45,569 bases of DNA from Candidatus Omnitrophota bacterium (GTDB lineage Bacteria; Omnitrophota; Gorgyraeia; Duberdicusellales; 4484-171), in contig JBAZGN010000006.1 of assembly GCA_041652815.1 (NCBI GenBank), forward strand, positions 1 through 45,569. Direction: 5' to 3'. How positions within the stretch are numbered: the first letter of the stretch is position 1; each line of letters opens with the position of its first letter. Shown here one piece after another: positions 8,586 to 17,440 of this stretch. A model generated the notes under the pieces. The model searched no databases and was not told the origin of the DNA. It was given only the letters and a program-made list of their open reading frames with translations. Position numbers and translations under genes: made by a program.

Positions 8586-9147
8586 AGGGAAAAACAGCAT
8601 TATTGTAAAAACTGTAGCCTTACTATACTTGTTGGCAGTATTAATCTGGCAAAGTGCGGTATTGGGTGCAGCAGAAAAAGAACCTTCAAAAGAAAGCCAA
8701 CAGATAGTTACTCTTGATTTTAAGTTATTAGAAAAAACTGAGCGCTATGTTACTGATGATAAGGCAGATTTAAAAGAAATACCGAAAACTATCCTTGCTT
8801 TAAACGGAAAGAAAGTAAAGATAACAGGGTATTTTTTAATACCTTCCCAAGCCTATTACGTGAAAGAGCCAATTTCTAACTTTGGCGTTTCAAAAAATGC
8901 CTATGGATGCCCTTGCTGCAGTTGGGGTAATCAGCCTACAATATTTAATACGGTTATCGTGGACATGAAACAAGGAGATGTTGTTGAACCGCCATTTACG
9001 CCGTTGGTTGAAGTAATCGGAACATTTATTGTAAAAAAAGAACAGTTTGCCGATGGTGCTGGAGAAAAGCATTTGAACACACTTTTTTATATAAAAGATG
9101 CTCAGGCCACAAAAAAGAAACAATCGTTTTTAGAAAGTATTTTTTAA
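8575..9147 (+). CDS. Exported DUF3299-like protein
   Basis: Signal peptide, LNGKKVKITGYFLIP, GCPCC..QPTIFNTVIV; family from recall. Confidence 0.55.
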   Translation: MEIKGKNSIIVKTVALLYLLAVLIWQSAVLGAAEKEPSKESQQIVTLDFKLLEKTERYVTDDKADLKEIPKTILALNGKKVKITGYFLIPSQAYYVKEPISNFGVSKNAYGCPCCSWGNQPTIFNTVIVDMKQGDVVEPPFTPLVEVIGTFIVKKEQFADGAGEKHLNTLFYIKDAQATKKKQSFLESIF

Positions 9148-9161
9148 CCAGGAGGCACAAG

Positions 9162-10172
9162 ATGTTTAAGAAAATTTTTATAGCTTTCTTATTTGTATTT
9201 TTGGTTGGGGTAGCATCTATCATGGCTCAAAGCTTGCAAGACAAGAAGAAAATTGAAGTTATAACAACATTATTCCCAACCTATGATTTCGCAAAACAAA
9301 TTGGCAAAGATAAAGTAAACGTTACGTTGTTACTGCCACCAGGGGTTGAGTCACATACTTTTGAGCCTAAACCAGCGGATATTATTAGGATTAGCAAGGC
9401 AGATGTGTTTATTTACACTGGAAAATATATGGAACCATGGGTAGAGGATGTACTTAAAGGAATTTCTAATAAAAATCTTTTAGTAGTTGACGCAAGTAAA
9501 GATGTTGAACTTATGAGCGAAGAAGACCATAACGAGGAAGCTGAGCATGAAGAAGGAGAGCATCACGAAAGAGAAGATGATAAACATGCCGAACACCATA
9601 AAGAAGAACACGAACATAACCATCACCATGGCGGTAAAGACCCGCATATATGGCTTGATTTAGGCAATGCCCAAATCATGGTGCAAACTATTGCCGATGC
9701 CTTTGCCGATAAAGACCCCGACAACAAAGATTTCTATCTAAAGAATGCGAATGAATATAATACTAAACTCATCCATCTTGACAGGCATTTTAAAGACACG
9801 TTTCTTAGCTGCAGGCATAAGACACTTATCTACGGCGGGCATTTTGCTTTTGGATATTTTGCTAAAAGGTATGGATTAGAATATATCTCTCCGTATGAAG
9901 GTTTTTCTCCGAATGCCGAGCCAACCCCTAAGGCAATAGTTGAATTAATTAAGAAGCTAAAAGCTTCCGGAACAAACTATGTCTATTACGAAGAGTTGCT
10001 TGATCCAAAAATAGCGCGCACTATTGCTTCCGAAACAGGAGCTAAACTTGAATTGCTTCATGGAGCACATAATGTCAGTAAAGATGGGCTAAGCAGGGGA
10101 GTTACTTTCCTTGAGATTATGGAAGATAATTTGAATAAATTAAGAGTCGGCCTTGAGTGTTCGCCCCGTTAG
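9162..10172 (+). CDS. znuA: Zinc ABC transporter substrate-binding protein
   Basis: SHTFEPKP, long His/Glu loop, DPHIWLD, H(F)AFGYF. Confidence 0.92.
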   Translation: MFKKIFIAFLFVFLVGVASIMAQSLQDKKKIEVITTLFPTYDFAKQIGKDKVNVTLLLPPGVESHTFEPKPADIIRISKADVFIYTGKYMEPWVEDVLKGISNKNLLVVDASKDVELMSEEDHNEEAEHEEGEHHEREDDKHAEHHKEEHEHNHHHGGKDPHIWLDLGNAQIMVQTIADAFADKDPDNKDFYLKNANEYNTKLIHLDRHFKDTFLSCRHKTLIYGGHFAFGYFAKRYGLEYISPYEGFSPNAEPTPKAIVELIKKLKASGTNYVYYEELLDPKIARTIASETGAKLELLHGAHNVSKDGLSRGVTFLEIMEDNLNKLRVGLECSPR

Positions 10173-10213
10173 AAATTACGGGGATATTTAATTGTTAGAG
10201 ATTTCTAACGGGG
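10164..10213. repeat. REP-like inverted repeat between znuA and znuC
   Basis: CCCCGTTAGAAAT (10164-76) / ATTTCTAACGGGG (10201-13), perfect 13 bp stem. Confidence 0.7.
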
Positions 10214-10223
10214 TAAATAAAAA

Positions 10224-10958
10224 ATGATAGAAGTAAAAAACTTAAGCGTTAAATACCAAAATATTGAAGCGTTATCTAGCGTAAACTTCAAAGTAGAAGC
10301 CGGTGATTACATTGGCATTGTCGGGCCTAATGGTTCCGGCAAAACTACTTTGGTAAAAGCACTTTTGGGATTGGTTTCTTTTGAAGGTAAGATTGTTTTC
10401 CAGGGTGAGAGCCTTTCAAGGTTTACTTTACATAAACATATAGGATACCTTCCTCAGAAAATGTCATTTCTTGACCAGCGTTTTCCAGCTACCGCTAAGG
10501 AAATAGTTGTTTCCGGGGTGTATTGTTGTAAAAAGTTCCCCAAGCGGTTAACAAAAGAAGATTATGCGGCAGCTGAAGCAATCATGAAGACGCTTAAGAT
10601 TACAAGCCTCAAGGATCGCCCCATAGGCAAACTTTCAGGTGGTCAACAACAAAGAGTTCTGTTAGCTCGTTCTCTCGTGCATTCGCCCAGTGTTCTTATT
10701 CTTGATGAACCGACTATTGCTCTTGATCCGCAGTCGCGAGAAACATTTTATGAGACTGTGCAGAAACTTAATAAAGAAAAACATGTAACTGTACTTTTGG
10801 TTTCGCATGATATAGCTTCAGTCGGAAAATATGCCTCAAAACTGCTTTATTTAGACCGGCAGGTTATTTTTTACGGAACATTTGAAGAATTCTGTAAATC
10901 TCCCCGGATGTCTGAATATTTTGGCGTAAGCCAACACCTTATTTGTCACAGGCATTAA
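10224..10958 (+). CDS. znuC: Zinc ABC transporter ATP-binding protein
   Basis: GPNGSGKTT, LSGGQQQR, LILDEP, C-terminal CHRH. Confidence 0.92.
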   Translation: MIEVKNLSVKYQNIEALSSVNFKVEAGDYIGIVGPNGSGKTTLVKALLGLVSFEGKIVFQGESLSRFTLHKHIGYLPQKMSFLDQRFPATAKEIVVSGVYCCKKFPKRLTKEDYAAAEAIMKTLKITSLKDRPIGKLSGGQQQRVLLARSLVHSPSVLILDEPTIALDPQSRETFYETVQKLNKEKHVTVLLVSHDIASVGKYASKLLYLDRQVIFYGTFEEFCKSPRMSEYFGVSQHLICHRH

Positions 10959-10959
10959 A

Positions 10960-11781
10960 ATGGATATATTTCAACAGATTCAAGAAGCCCTTAAATATGC
11001 ATTTGTGCAACGCGCAATTATCGCGGGTTCGTTTATGGCTCTAGGATGTTCTTGTTTGGGTGTATTCCTTGTTTTACGCAGGTTTTCACTCATCGGCGAC
11101 GGCCTTGCCCATGTAAGCTTTGCTACCGTAGCCATTGGGCTTCTTTTGCGCTCTCAACCAATGGTTATTTCTATTCCTTTAGTCGGGCTCGCTTCACTTC
11201 TTATCCTTAAGCTCAATGAAAAAGCAGCCGTATATGGCGATGCAGCAATAGGGCTTGTTTCATCTTTTGGTATAGCCCTTGGAGTGATTATTGCGAGCAC
11301 CGCCGGTGGTTTTAACGTAGATTTATTCAGTTATCTTTTCGGTAATATCCTTTCAGTGAGTAGCTTTGAAGTCTGGATGACGGTTATAATTTCTTTGATC
11401 GTAGCTTTAATTATCGGGCTTTTTTACCATGATTTATTCGCCATAACCTTTGATGAGGAATACGCTCAAGTGTCAGGAATAAAAGTACGTTTGGTTAATA
11501 GGATTTTAATATTGTTGACTTCGCTGGTTGTAGTATTAGGAATCAAGATCGTAGGAACAATGCTGGTTTCAAGTTTGATTATCCTGCCGGCAATATCTGC
11601 TTTGCAGGTAGTAAAAAGTTTTCGTTCAACCATAGCCCTTGCCGGAACATTTGCGGTTATTTCAGTAATTATAGGTATCTTTGCTTCGTATGTTCTAAAT
11701 CTTCCATCAGGCGCTACCATTGTGATGGTGAATTTTATATTTTTCGTCGGCTCTTTTTTATATCGTAGAGCCAAAGAATGA
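10960..11781 (+). CDS. znuB: Zinc ABC transporter permease
   Basis: GDGLAHVSF, DLFSYLFGNIL, PSGATIV. Confidence 0.92.
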   Translation: MDIFQQIQEALKYAFVQRAIIAGSFMALGCSCLGVFLVLRRFSLIGDGLAHVSFATVAIGLLLRSQPMVISIPLVGLASLLILKLNEKAAVYGDAAIGLVSSFGIALGVIIASTAGGFNVDLFSYLFGNILSVSSFEVWMTVIISLIVALIIGLFYHDLFAITFDEEYAQVSGIKVRLVNRILILLTSLVVVLGIKIVGTMLVSSLIILPAISALQVVKSFRSTIALAGTFAVISVIIGIFASYVLNLPSGATIVMVNFIFFVGSFLYRRAKE

Positions 11782-11841
11782 AAACTAATGATAATAAAAA
11801 AATGTGAGTTCCGCATGTCGGTTAAAGAATGCTAAATGGGC

Positions 11842-11888
11842 TTGACAACATATTATTTAGTGTTATCATTAATAAAAAAGTAACACTA
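11842..11888 (+). promoter_or_regulatory. nikR promoter with NikR-type operator
   Basis: TTGACA 11842-47, TGtTATCAT -10; TAGTGTTA-N15-TAACACTA (11858-11888) overlaps the -10. Confidence 0.8.
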
Positions 11889-11934
11889 GAAATTAAGTTC
11901 TTCCAAAATATAATTCTAAAAAAGGAGGAGTTCG

Positions 11935-12333
11935 GTGCAAATAAGACGTTTTGGTGTATCGTTAGAAGATGATCTTTTGAAAAAATTGGATAAACTTGTA
12001 GGGGTACATAAATTTCCTAATCGTTCACAAGCTATAAGATTTTTGATAAGGAAAAATCTTGTTGAAGAAGCTTGTGAGAAAAATAAAGAAGTTTCCGGGG
12101 CAATTATTCTTATCTATGACCATCACAGGAGAGAATTAGTGAATAAGTCATTAGATATACAGCATGACTTTTCGCATAGTATTTTATCTACCCAGCATGT
12201 TCATCTAGACCATAATAATTGTTTGGAAATAATTGCCTTAAAGGGGAAAGCAAAGAATTTAAAGGAGCTTTCAGATAAACTGATAGCCCTAAAAGGCGTT
12301 AAGCACGGAAAACTGGTTATAAGCACGACATAG
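11935..12333 (+). CDS. nikR: Nickel-responsive regulator NikR
   Basis: RRFGVSL RHH strand, [18 protein letters not shown]; GTG start with RBS AGGAGG. Confidence 0.95.
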   Translation: MQIRRFGVSLEDDLLKKLDKLVGVHKFPNRSQAIRFLIRKNLVEEACEKNKEVSGAIILIYDHHRRELVNKSLDIQHDFSHSILSTQHVHLDHNNCLEIIALKGKAKNLKELSDKLIALKGVKHGKLVISTT

Positions 12334-12361
12334 CTTTATGTAGTTTTTGAAAATATAACAA

Positions 12362-12523
12362 ATGGAAAATAAAACGCTTAAATTAGAAGAAAAAGAAAAA
12401 CAACGCATAGCGCATGAAGTTTTAAGGGCGATTGGCAATATAGAATATGGCGAAGTAGTGCTTACTATACATGATTCAAAAGTTGTACAAATTGAGAAAA
12501 GGGAGAAGAGGCGGTTTAAATAA
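12362..12523 (+). CDS. DUF2292 (YezD/OscA-like) small protein, 53 aa (not in ORF track)
   Basis: Manual translation: ...RAIGNIEYGEVVLTIHDSKVVQIEKREKRRFK. Confidence 0.8.
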   Translation: MENKTLKLEEKEKQRIAHEVLRAIGNIEYGEVVLTIHDSKVVQIEKREKRRFK

Positions 12524-12611
12524 GAATTACTACTGCACCTGCAGTGTCAGATATTAAACAGTAATTTTTTCGACTGGACAACCAGAGAAAAAAGTAAAGG
12601 AGGTTGTCCAG

Positions 12612-13958
12612 ATGCGGATAATTACATTTTTGATTGGTATCTGTTTTTTTGCAAATGTTTGTCTTGCTGATGAGTCATCTATACAGGATGAAATAAATCA
12701 GCTCAAATCCCGTATAGAAGCGTTAGAAAAAAAAGCTTCCCAGCAGGACGGTTACATTAAGTCTCAGGAGGGCACAATAAAACTTCAGGCAGACAAAATC
12801 TCTCAATACGAAACAAAACTCTCTCAGCTTGATGAAAAGCTTCATCGTGAAACTGGGCTTCCTGAACAAATCGCAAAGGGTCTTGATATTAGCGCTGGCG
12901 CAACAATGGTCGTCCAAGGAACAAATAATGTTAATAACGCATCAGACGATGCCAACCGGAACATTTCCCGTACTGATGGCTCATATTCTACGGACATTAC
13001 GATAGGCAAGGAATTTGAGCAAATAACCGGTAGAGCCTTTCTGCATCTTGAAAATGGTCAAGGCGCAGGGCTTGAAGACAATCTTACCTTGTATAGTAAT
13101 GTTAACCGTGATGCTGATGACGATGTTAATGTCAGAGTTACTGAAGCCTGGTATGAACAAGGGCTTTTCAACGATAAGGCAGCCATAACCTTTGGAAAGC
13201 TTGATCCTACGGTTTATTTCGATGATAACGCCGTTGCCAATGATGAAACTACGCAGTTTTTAGGCAGAATTTTCCGTAATTCACCGACAATTGAATTTTC
13301 TGATAATACAATGGGCATACGTCTTGCTTATATGCCGAAAGAGTGGGTTGAATTTAACTACGGCGTATTTGATGGGAACAATGACTGGGAAAAAATTACC
13401 GATAACCTTGTAAGTATGGGGCAGGTAACTTTTAAAACAAACTTTTTCAATCTCCCCGGTAACTACCGTATCTTAGGCTGGAGGAATAATGTTTACCATA
13501 CCAAATGGCTTGACGATACGCAAACCAAAGAAAATGCCTATGGTTTTGGTTTAAGTTTTGACCAGAAAGCCAACGATGTCGTGACTCTCTTTACCCGTTA
13601 TGGCTGGCAGAATCCAGAGGTTTATAATCCGGAAATTACCGCAACCGGCGATTTAAACTATTCCCTTGAACAATCCTGGAGCGCAGGCTTTCAGATTGAG
13701 GGAAAACCTTGGGGTAGGGAAAATGATGTAGTGGCTTTTGCTGTTGGCCAAATCTTTCCTTCTGATGATTACAAAGAAGCTACCGGACGTTTGGGGAAAA
13801 CAGAGGGCCATCTTGAGGCTTATTATAAAATATATTGCAACAAGCATCTTTCCGTCAGCCCAGATTTCCAATATATCTGGAATCCTTTTGGAAAAGACAT
13901 AGCCGATGATACAGATGGAGTATTTGTGGGAGGGATGAGGACACAGGTAGATTTCTAA
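12612..13958 (+). CDS. OprB/carbohydrate-porin-like outer membrane beta-barrel with N-terminal coiled coil
   Basis: Signal peptide, coiled coil, VTEAWYEQ, FGKLDP..F..N..ANDETTQF, EAYY, SPDFQYIWNP, terminal F. Confidence 0.8.
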   Translation: MRIITFLIGICFFANVCLADESSIQDEINQLKSRIEALEKKASQQDGYIKSQEGTIKLQADKISQYETKLSQLDEKLHRETGLPEQIAKGLDISAGATMVVQGTNNVNNASDDANRNISRTDGSYSTDITIGKEFEQITGRAFLHLENGQGAGLEDNLTLYSNVNRDADDDVNVRVTEAWYEQGLFNDKAAITFGKLDPTVYFDDNAVANDETTQFLGRIFRNSPTIEFSDNTMGIRLAYMPKEWVEFNYGVFDGNNDWEKITDNLVSMGQVTFKTNFFNLPGNYRILGWRNNVYHTKWLDDTQTKENAYGFGLSFDQKANDVVTLFTRYGWQNPEVYNPEITATGDLNYSLEQSWSAGFQIEGKPWGRENDVVAFAVGQIFPSDDYKEATGRLGKTEGHLEAYYKIYCNKHLSVSPDFQYIWNPFGKDIADDTDGVFVGGMRTQVDF

Positions 13959-13971
13959 GTAGGAGGTTAAT

Positions 13972-14250
13972 ATGTGGTTAGCAACAACTTCTATCGCGGC
14001 GACAGGCGCAACTTTAGCTAAATTTGTTTTACCCAAAAAATATAAATTAGATTTTTTAGCTTTAATGCTTTGGGGAGCAGCAGCAATGATTCTCATCGAC
14101 CATATATTCGGATATGAGGGTGGGGCGTTTTTGGAGAAAACAACAGATGGGATGATTAGAAATAGCGCGTTATTGGGGATTACAATGTTGGTGCCCGTGT
14201 TTATAATATGGGGAATTTCACTTTTAATTTCAAATTTAAAAAGGAGGTAA
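13972..14250 (+). CDS. Small 3-TM membrane protein (paralog of the next gene)
   Basis: LMLWGAAAMILIDHI ... FIIWGI; RBS AGGAGG. Confidence 0.75.
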   Translation: MWLATTSIAATGATLAKFVLPKKYKLDFLALMLWGAAAMILIDHIFGYEGGAFLEKTTDGMIRNSALLGITMLVPVFIIWGISLLISNLKRR

Positions 14251-14253
14251 AAA

Positions 14254-14568
14254 ATGGCTTGTTTTCTTGTCCCAACAGCTGCGGCAATAGTAACAACTGC
14301 CGCAGGAAAAAAAGCTAGCGAGAAATTACACTTCAATTGGTTGAATTCAATGTTGTGGGGCGGAGTGGCAATGTTGGCAATCGAACATATCTCTCACGGC
14401 GAATTTGTTCCTTATCCACCATTTCTAACTGCTGGGCTTCCTGAGGTTTTACCGGAAATGGCAAGGGTTGGTATTCCGATGACTCTGTCTATCTTTCTGA
14501 TATGGGGGATAATGGTAACGGTAGCCGCAGTAACGGGTAAAAGAGTAAAGTATATAGAAACGTTATAG
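14254..14568 (+). CDS. Small 3-TM membrane protein
   Basis: MACFLVP, SMLWGGVAMLAIEHISHGE, FLIWGI; RBS AGGAGG. Confidence 0.75.
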   Translation: MACFLVPTAAAIVTTAAGKKASEKLHFNWLNSMLWGGVAMLAIEHISHGEFVPYPPFLTAGLPEVLPEMARVGIPMTLSIFLIWGIMVTVAAVTGKRVKYIETL

Positions 14569-14589
14569 AAAATTACGTTAGATATAACC

Positions 14590-14620
14590 AAAGCCCACCT
14601 TTTAGGTGGGCTTTGTGTTT
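14590..14620 (+). terminator. Intrinsic terminator after the nikR operon
   Basis: AAAGCCCACCT-TTT-AGGTGGGCTTT followed by a T-rich run. Confidence 0.75.
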
Positions 14621-14728
14621 ATAAGACAATCTCAAGCTGGTTAAATTCGTTTCGTATGTTTGGAAATGGATAGATGTTTTTTATAATTTATTTTTTGAAA
14701 AAAGAATTAATAGTATATCTGTCTTCTT

Positions 14729-15181
14729 ATGTGGGAAGTTTACAGGAATGTCATCAGATGCTATCCAAAGATTTCTCTATCCGAAGAAAGGCTTTTGATT
14801 TATAAGGCTCAAAAAGGATCAAAGAAGAGCAAGGATAAAATTGTTTTTCATTATATTGGTTTCTTAATCTTTAGAATTCACAAAATAGTATTTCCTGAAC
14901 TGCTTCAGCGATTTGGCGAAGATTTACTTGAAGAAGCCATATTGGTTGTTTATAAAAAAATTGAAAGCTATAATCTTGATTATTGTGATAAGCAAGGTAA
15001 CCCTAAGCCTGTAAAGCTTGTTTCTTATATTTGGAAACGAATCGATGGGTTTATAATTGATTCTTTGAAGAAAGAATTGGTTGAATCAAACTATTACAAC
15101 CAGTACAGTGAATATAGTATCAAAAATACAGATTTATCGCTGATGTCCACGTCAAGAGAGGTAGACAATGCTATCTCTTAA
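14729..15181 (+). CDS. Sigma70 region 1.2/2-like protein lacking region 4
   Basis: LSEERLLIYKAQKG, EDLLEEAIL...KIESYN, KLVSYIWKRI align by eye to sigma regions 1.2/2; only 150 aa. Confidence 0.6.
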   Translation: MWEVYRNVIRCYPKISLSEERLLIYKAQKGSKKSKDKIVFHYIGFLIFRIHKIVFPELLQRFGEDLLEEAILVVYKKIESYNLDYCDKQGNPKPVKLVSYIWKRIDGFIIDSLKKELVESNYYNQYSEYSIKNTDLSLMSTSREVDNAIS

Positions 15182-15216
15182 TAGCTCAATGGATTGCAGA
15201 TTTTTCACCCAAAAAC

Positions 15217-15353
15217 AACCGGACAAAACGGACAAATTAGCGAGGGATTAACCTCTCTAATCCGCGAATTTCTTGATAATCACCCTATTTAGCCCTATAA
15301 TACATACTTGTAGATAGAGAGAGGTTTCCCCTCGTGGAATACGACTGGGACCC
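15217..15353 (+). repeat. Promoter-bearing dispersed repeat, copy A
   Basis: AACCGGACAAAACGGACA; arm CGAGGGATTAACCTCTCT 15241-58; TTGATA-N17-TATAAT 15273-15301; arm AGAGAGGTTTCCCCTCG 15318-34; GGGACCC. Confidence 0.9.
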
Positions 15354-15536
15354 TGTTTTAGTTTCAGGAGTGCTCGGGTTAAAAAAGGAGAGGGGATAGA
15401 TCTATTTTTATCAAAAAATTAGAACTATCCCCTTTGTTGTTATATAATAATTAAGTATTGTGTCCCCCGAATTCCGTCCCGAATTCCCTTTTGGATCGCT
15501 AACAACGGCAATGTTCGGCAAAAGAAGGAGAGCAAA

Positions 15537-16580
15537 ATGAGCATATTAGGAAAATCATTCGGATTAAAGCCGCGCGCGCCTGGAAGCATATTCAACAGAT
15601 TTATATTAGGTTTTGTCTTGGTGCTGATGTTAGCCGGTCAAACATTGTACGCTCAGCAAAGCGATGCTGACGGTAAGAAGCTTTCCGAGATCCGGGCTAA
15701 GGCAGAGAACGGTGATGTCGAAGCGCAGGTTGAATTTGGTCGTATATTATCGCAAGGTAGGCTTGGCGTGACTAAGGATGAAGTGGAAGCGGTGAAGTGG
15801 TTTCGTAAAGCCGCCGACCAGAACTTTTTTTCAGCTCAAGACTGTCTTGGTTTTTGTTACCTTCACGGTATAGGTGTGGAAAAGGATGAAGAGGAAGGAT
15901 TGAGGTGGTATTGTAAGGCTGCTGAGCAGAATTTCGCCGAAGCTCAATACACTTTGGGTGTTTTCTACCGCGATGGGCAATTTGTAAAGAAAAATTCACA
16001 GAAAGCGGTAGAATTGTTTCGAAAAGCTGCCGACCAGAACTATCTATCCGCTCAAACCAATTTGGGCCTCTGTTATCTCCATGGTGATGGCGTAGGGAAA
16101 GATCAGCAGGAAGGACTAAAGTGGCTTCGTAAGGCCGCTGAGCAGAATGATGTTTATGCTCAGCATAATTTGGCCCAGTGTTATAGCAATGGTGAAGGTG
16201 TAGAAAAGGATCAGCAGGAAGCGGTGAAGTGGTATCGCAAAGCCGCCGAGCAGAATTTCTACGCTTCTCAATTCAATTTAGGCTTCTGTTACTATAATGG
16301 CATAGGCGTGGGGAAAGATGATGCGGAAGCGGTTAAGTGGTATCGCAAAGCTGCTGAGCAGGGATTTGTTGCGGCTCAGGGTGCTTTGGGAGAATGTTAC
16401 TTCAGGGGTATAGGTGTGGTGCAAGATATGGCGGAGGCCTACAGGTGGTTTTTGTTGTCCGCGTCGCAAGGTGATAAGGAAGCTAATATACGTGCGCGGC
16501 AAACTGAAAAGAAATTAAAAAAGGATCAAATTGCAGAAGTAAAGAAGCAAGTGGCTGAATGGATCGAACGGAACAAGTAA
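15537..16580 (+). CDS. Exported Sel1-repeat protein
   Basis: Multiple EAVKWYRKAAEQ / AQxNLG repeats; signal peptide. Confidence 0.92.
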   Translation: MSILGKSFGLKPRAPGSIFNRFILGFVLVLMLAGQTLYAQQSDADGKKLSEIRAKAENGDVEAQVEFGRILSQGRLGVTKDEVEAVKWFRKAADQNFFSAQDCLGFCYLHGIGVEKDEEEGLRWYCKAAEQNFAEAQYTLGVFYRDGQFVKKNSQKAVELFRKAADQNYLSAQTNLGLCYLHGDGVGKDQQEGLKWLRKAAEQNDVYAQHNLAQCYSNGEGVEKDQQEAVKWYRKAAEQNFYASQFNLGFCYYNGIGVGKDDAEAVKWYRKAAEQGFVAAQGALGECYFRGIGVVQDMAEAYRWFLLSASQGDKEANIRARQTEKKLKKDQIAEVKKQVAEWIERNK

Positions 16581-16603
16581 GCCACTAACTAAAAGGAGTT
16601 GTT

Positions 16604-17326
16604 ATGCAACCATCTTTGCTAAAGACCGGATCGTATCGTTTAATAAAATTCAGAAAAATATTTGCCGCAGGTTCTTTTTGCGTTTTATTAATTTTAGGGA
16701 TCACCGGATGCGCGACCATGGCGACTAATCCTGAGGCAGGGTTTATTCCGAACGAACAGGAAGGGATCGTTTTTGGCCAGATGCAAATTCTCATTGAGGG
16801 GAATCTTTATCGTTACGACGGAAAGAAGCTTTTCGGGGTTGTGTGCCCACAGATGATTGTTACGCACGTTTCGCCTTATTCCGATGAGCAATCGGTTAAT
16901 ACCAACATCCTTCTTCCTGGAAAACTGGCTTTTAAAACCCAGATAGCCGATAATGGATACTTCACGGCAAAATTACCGGTAGGTAGGTATTATGTAAGTG
17001 AATTCATGTTTTATTTGCCGAATTACGTGTCCTTCCCTCCGGCATACTTACAGTTCCCCAAAGGATATAAGACCTATATGTACAGTGCAGGATTAGAACC
17101 ATCCGATCCCAAAATTGTCATATTCGATGTTTTTCCGAATAAGGCCACCTACATCGGGACATTTATACATAGAGTAGACACTGGTGATGACAAGAAGACG
17201 TCTCTAAATGTACGAATCAAAAATGAATATGACGCGTGTAAATCCGTGTTTCTGGCCGCGCATCCAGTGAGCGAGGAATCTATTGTTTCGGAGCCGGCCA
17301 CGTCTATTCCTTATAAGAAAATGTAG
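16604..17326 (+). CDS. Putative lipoprotein
   Basis: Lipobox-like GITG-C after a hydrophobic stretch; RBS AAGGAG. Confidence 0.6.
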   Translation: MQPSLLKTGSYRLIKFRKIFAAGSFCVLLILGITGCATMATNPEAGFIPNEQEGIVFGQMQILIEGNLYRYDGKKLFGVVCPQMIVTHVSPYSDEQSVNTNILLPGKLAFKTQIADNGYFTAKLPVGRYYVSEFMFYLPNYVSFPPAYLQFPKGYKTYMYSAGLEPSDPKIVIFDVFPNKATYIGTFIHRVDTGDDKKTSLNVRIKNEYDACKSVFLAAHPVSEESIVSEPATSIPYKKM

Positions 17327-17440
17327 GCAGAGGGCCGGGCTTTCGTATTCGCCCTGTGCCGTGGGGACGTTCCCAAAAATGACATCCTGGGATTATAAGG
17401 TGTCCACAAATAGGATGGTCCCAATAGGACAACTACTGCA

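Noticed and set aside
15241-15334. Invertible (phase-variable) promoter switch
   Set aside because: All recognisable promoters face the same way, arm spacers differ (e.g. GAATA vs GGAAA) and no invertase is present; not excluded, but unsupported here
16574-16607. attC-like CTAAC..GTTATGC between the Sel1 and lipoprotein genes
   Set aside because: Fully explained by RBS AAGGAG plus ATG; too short to fold as attC
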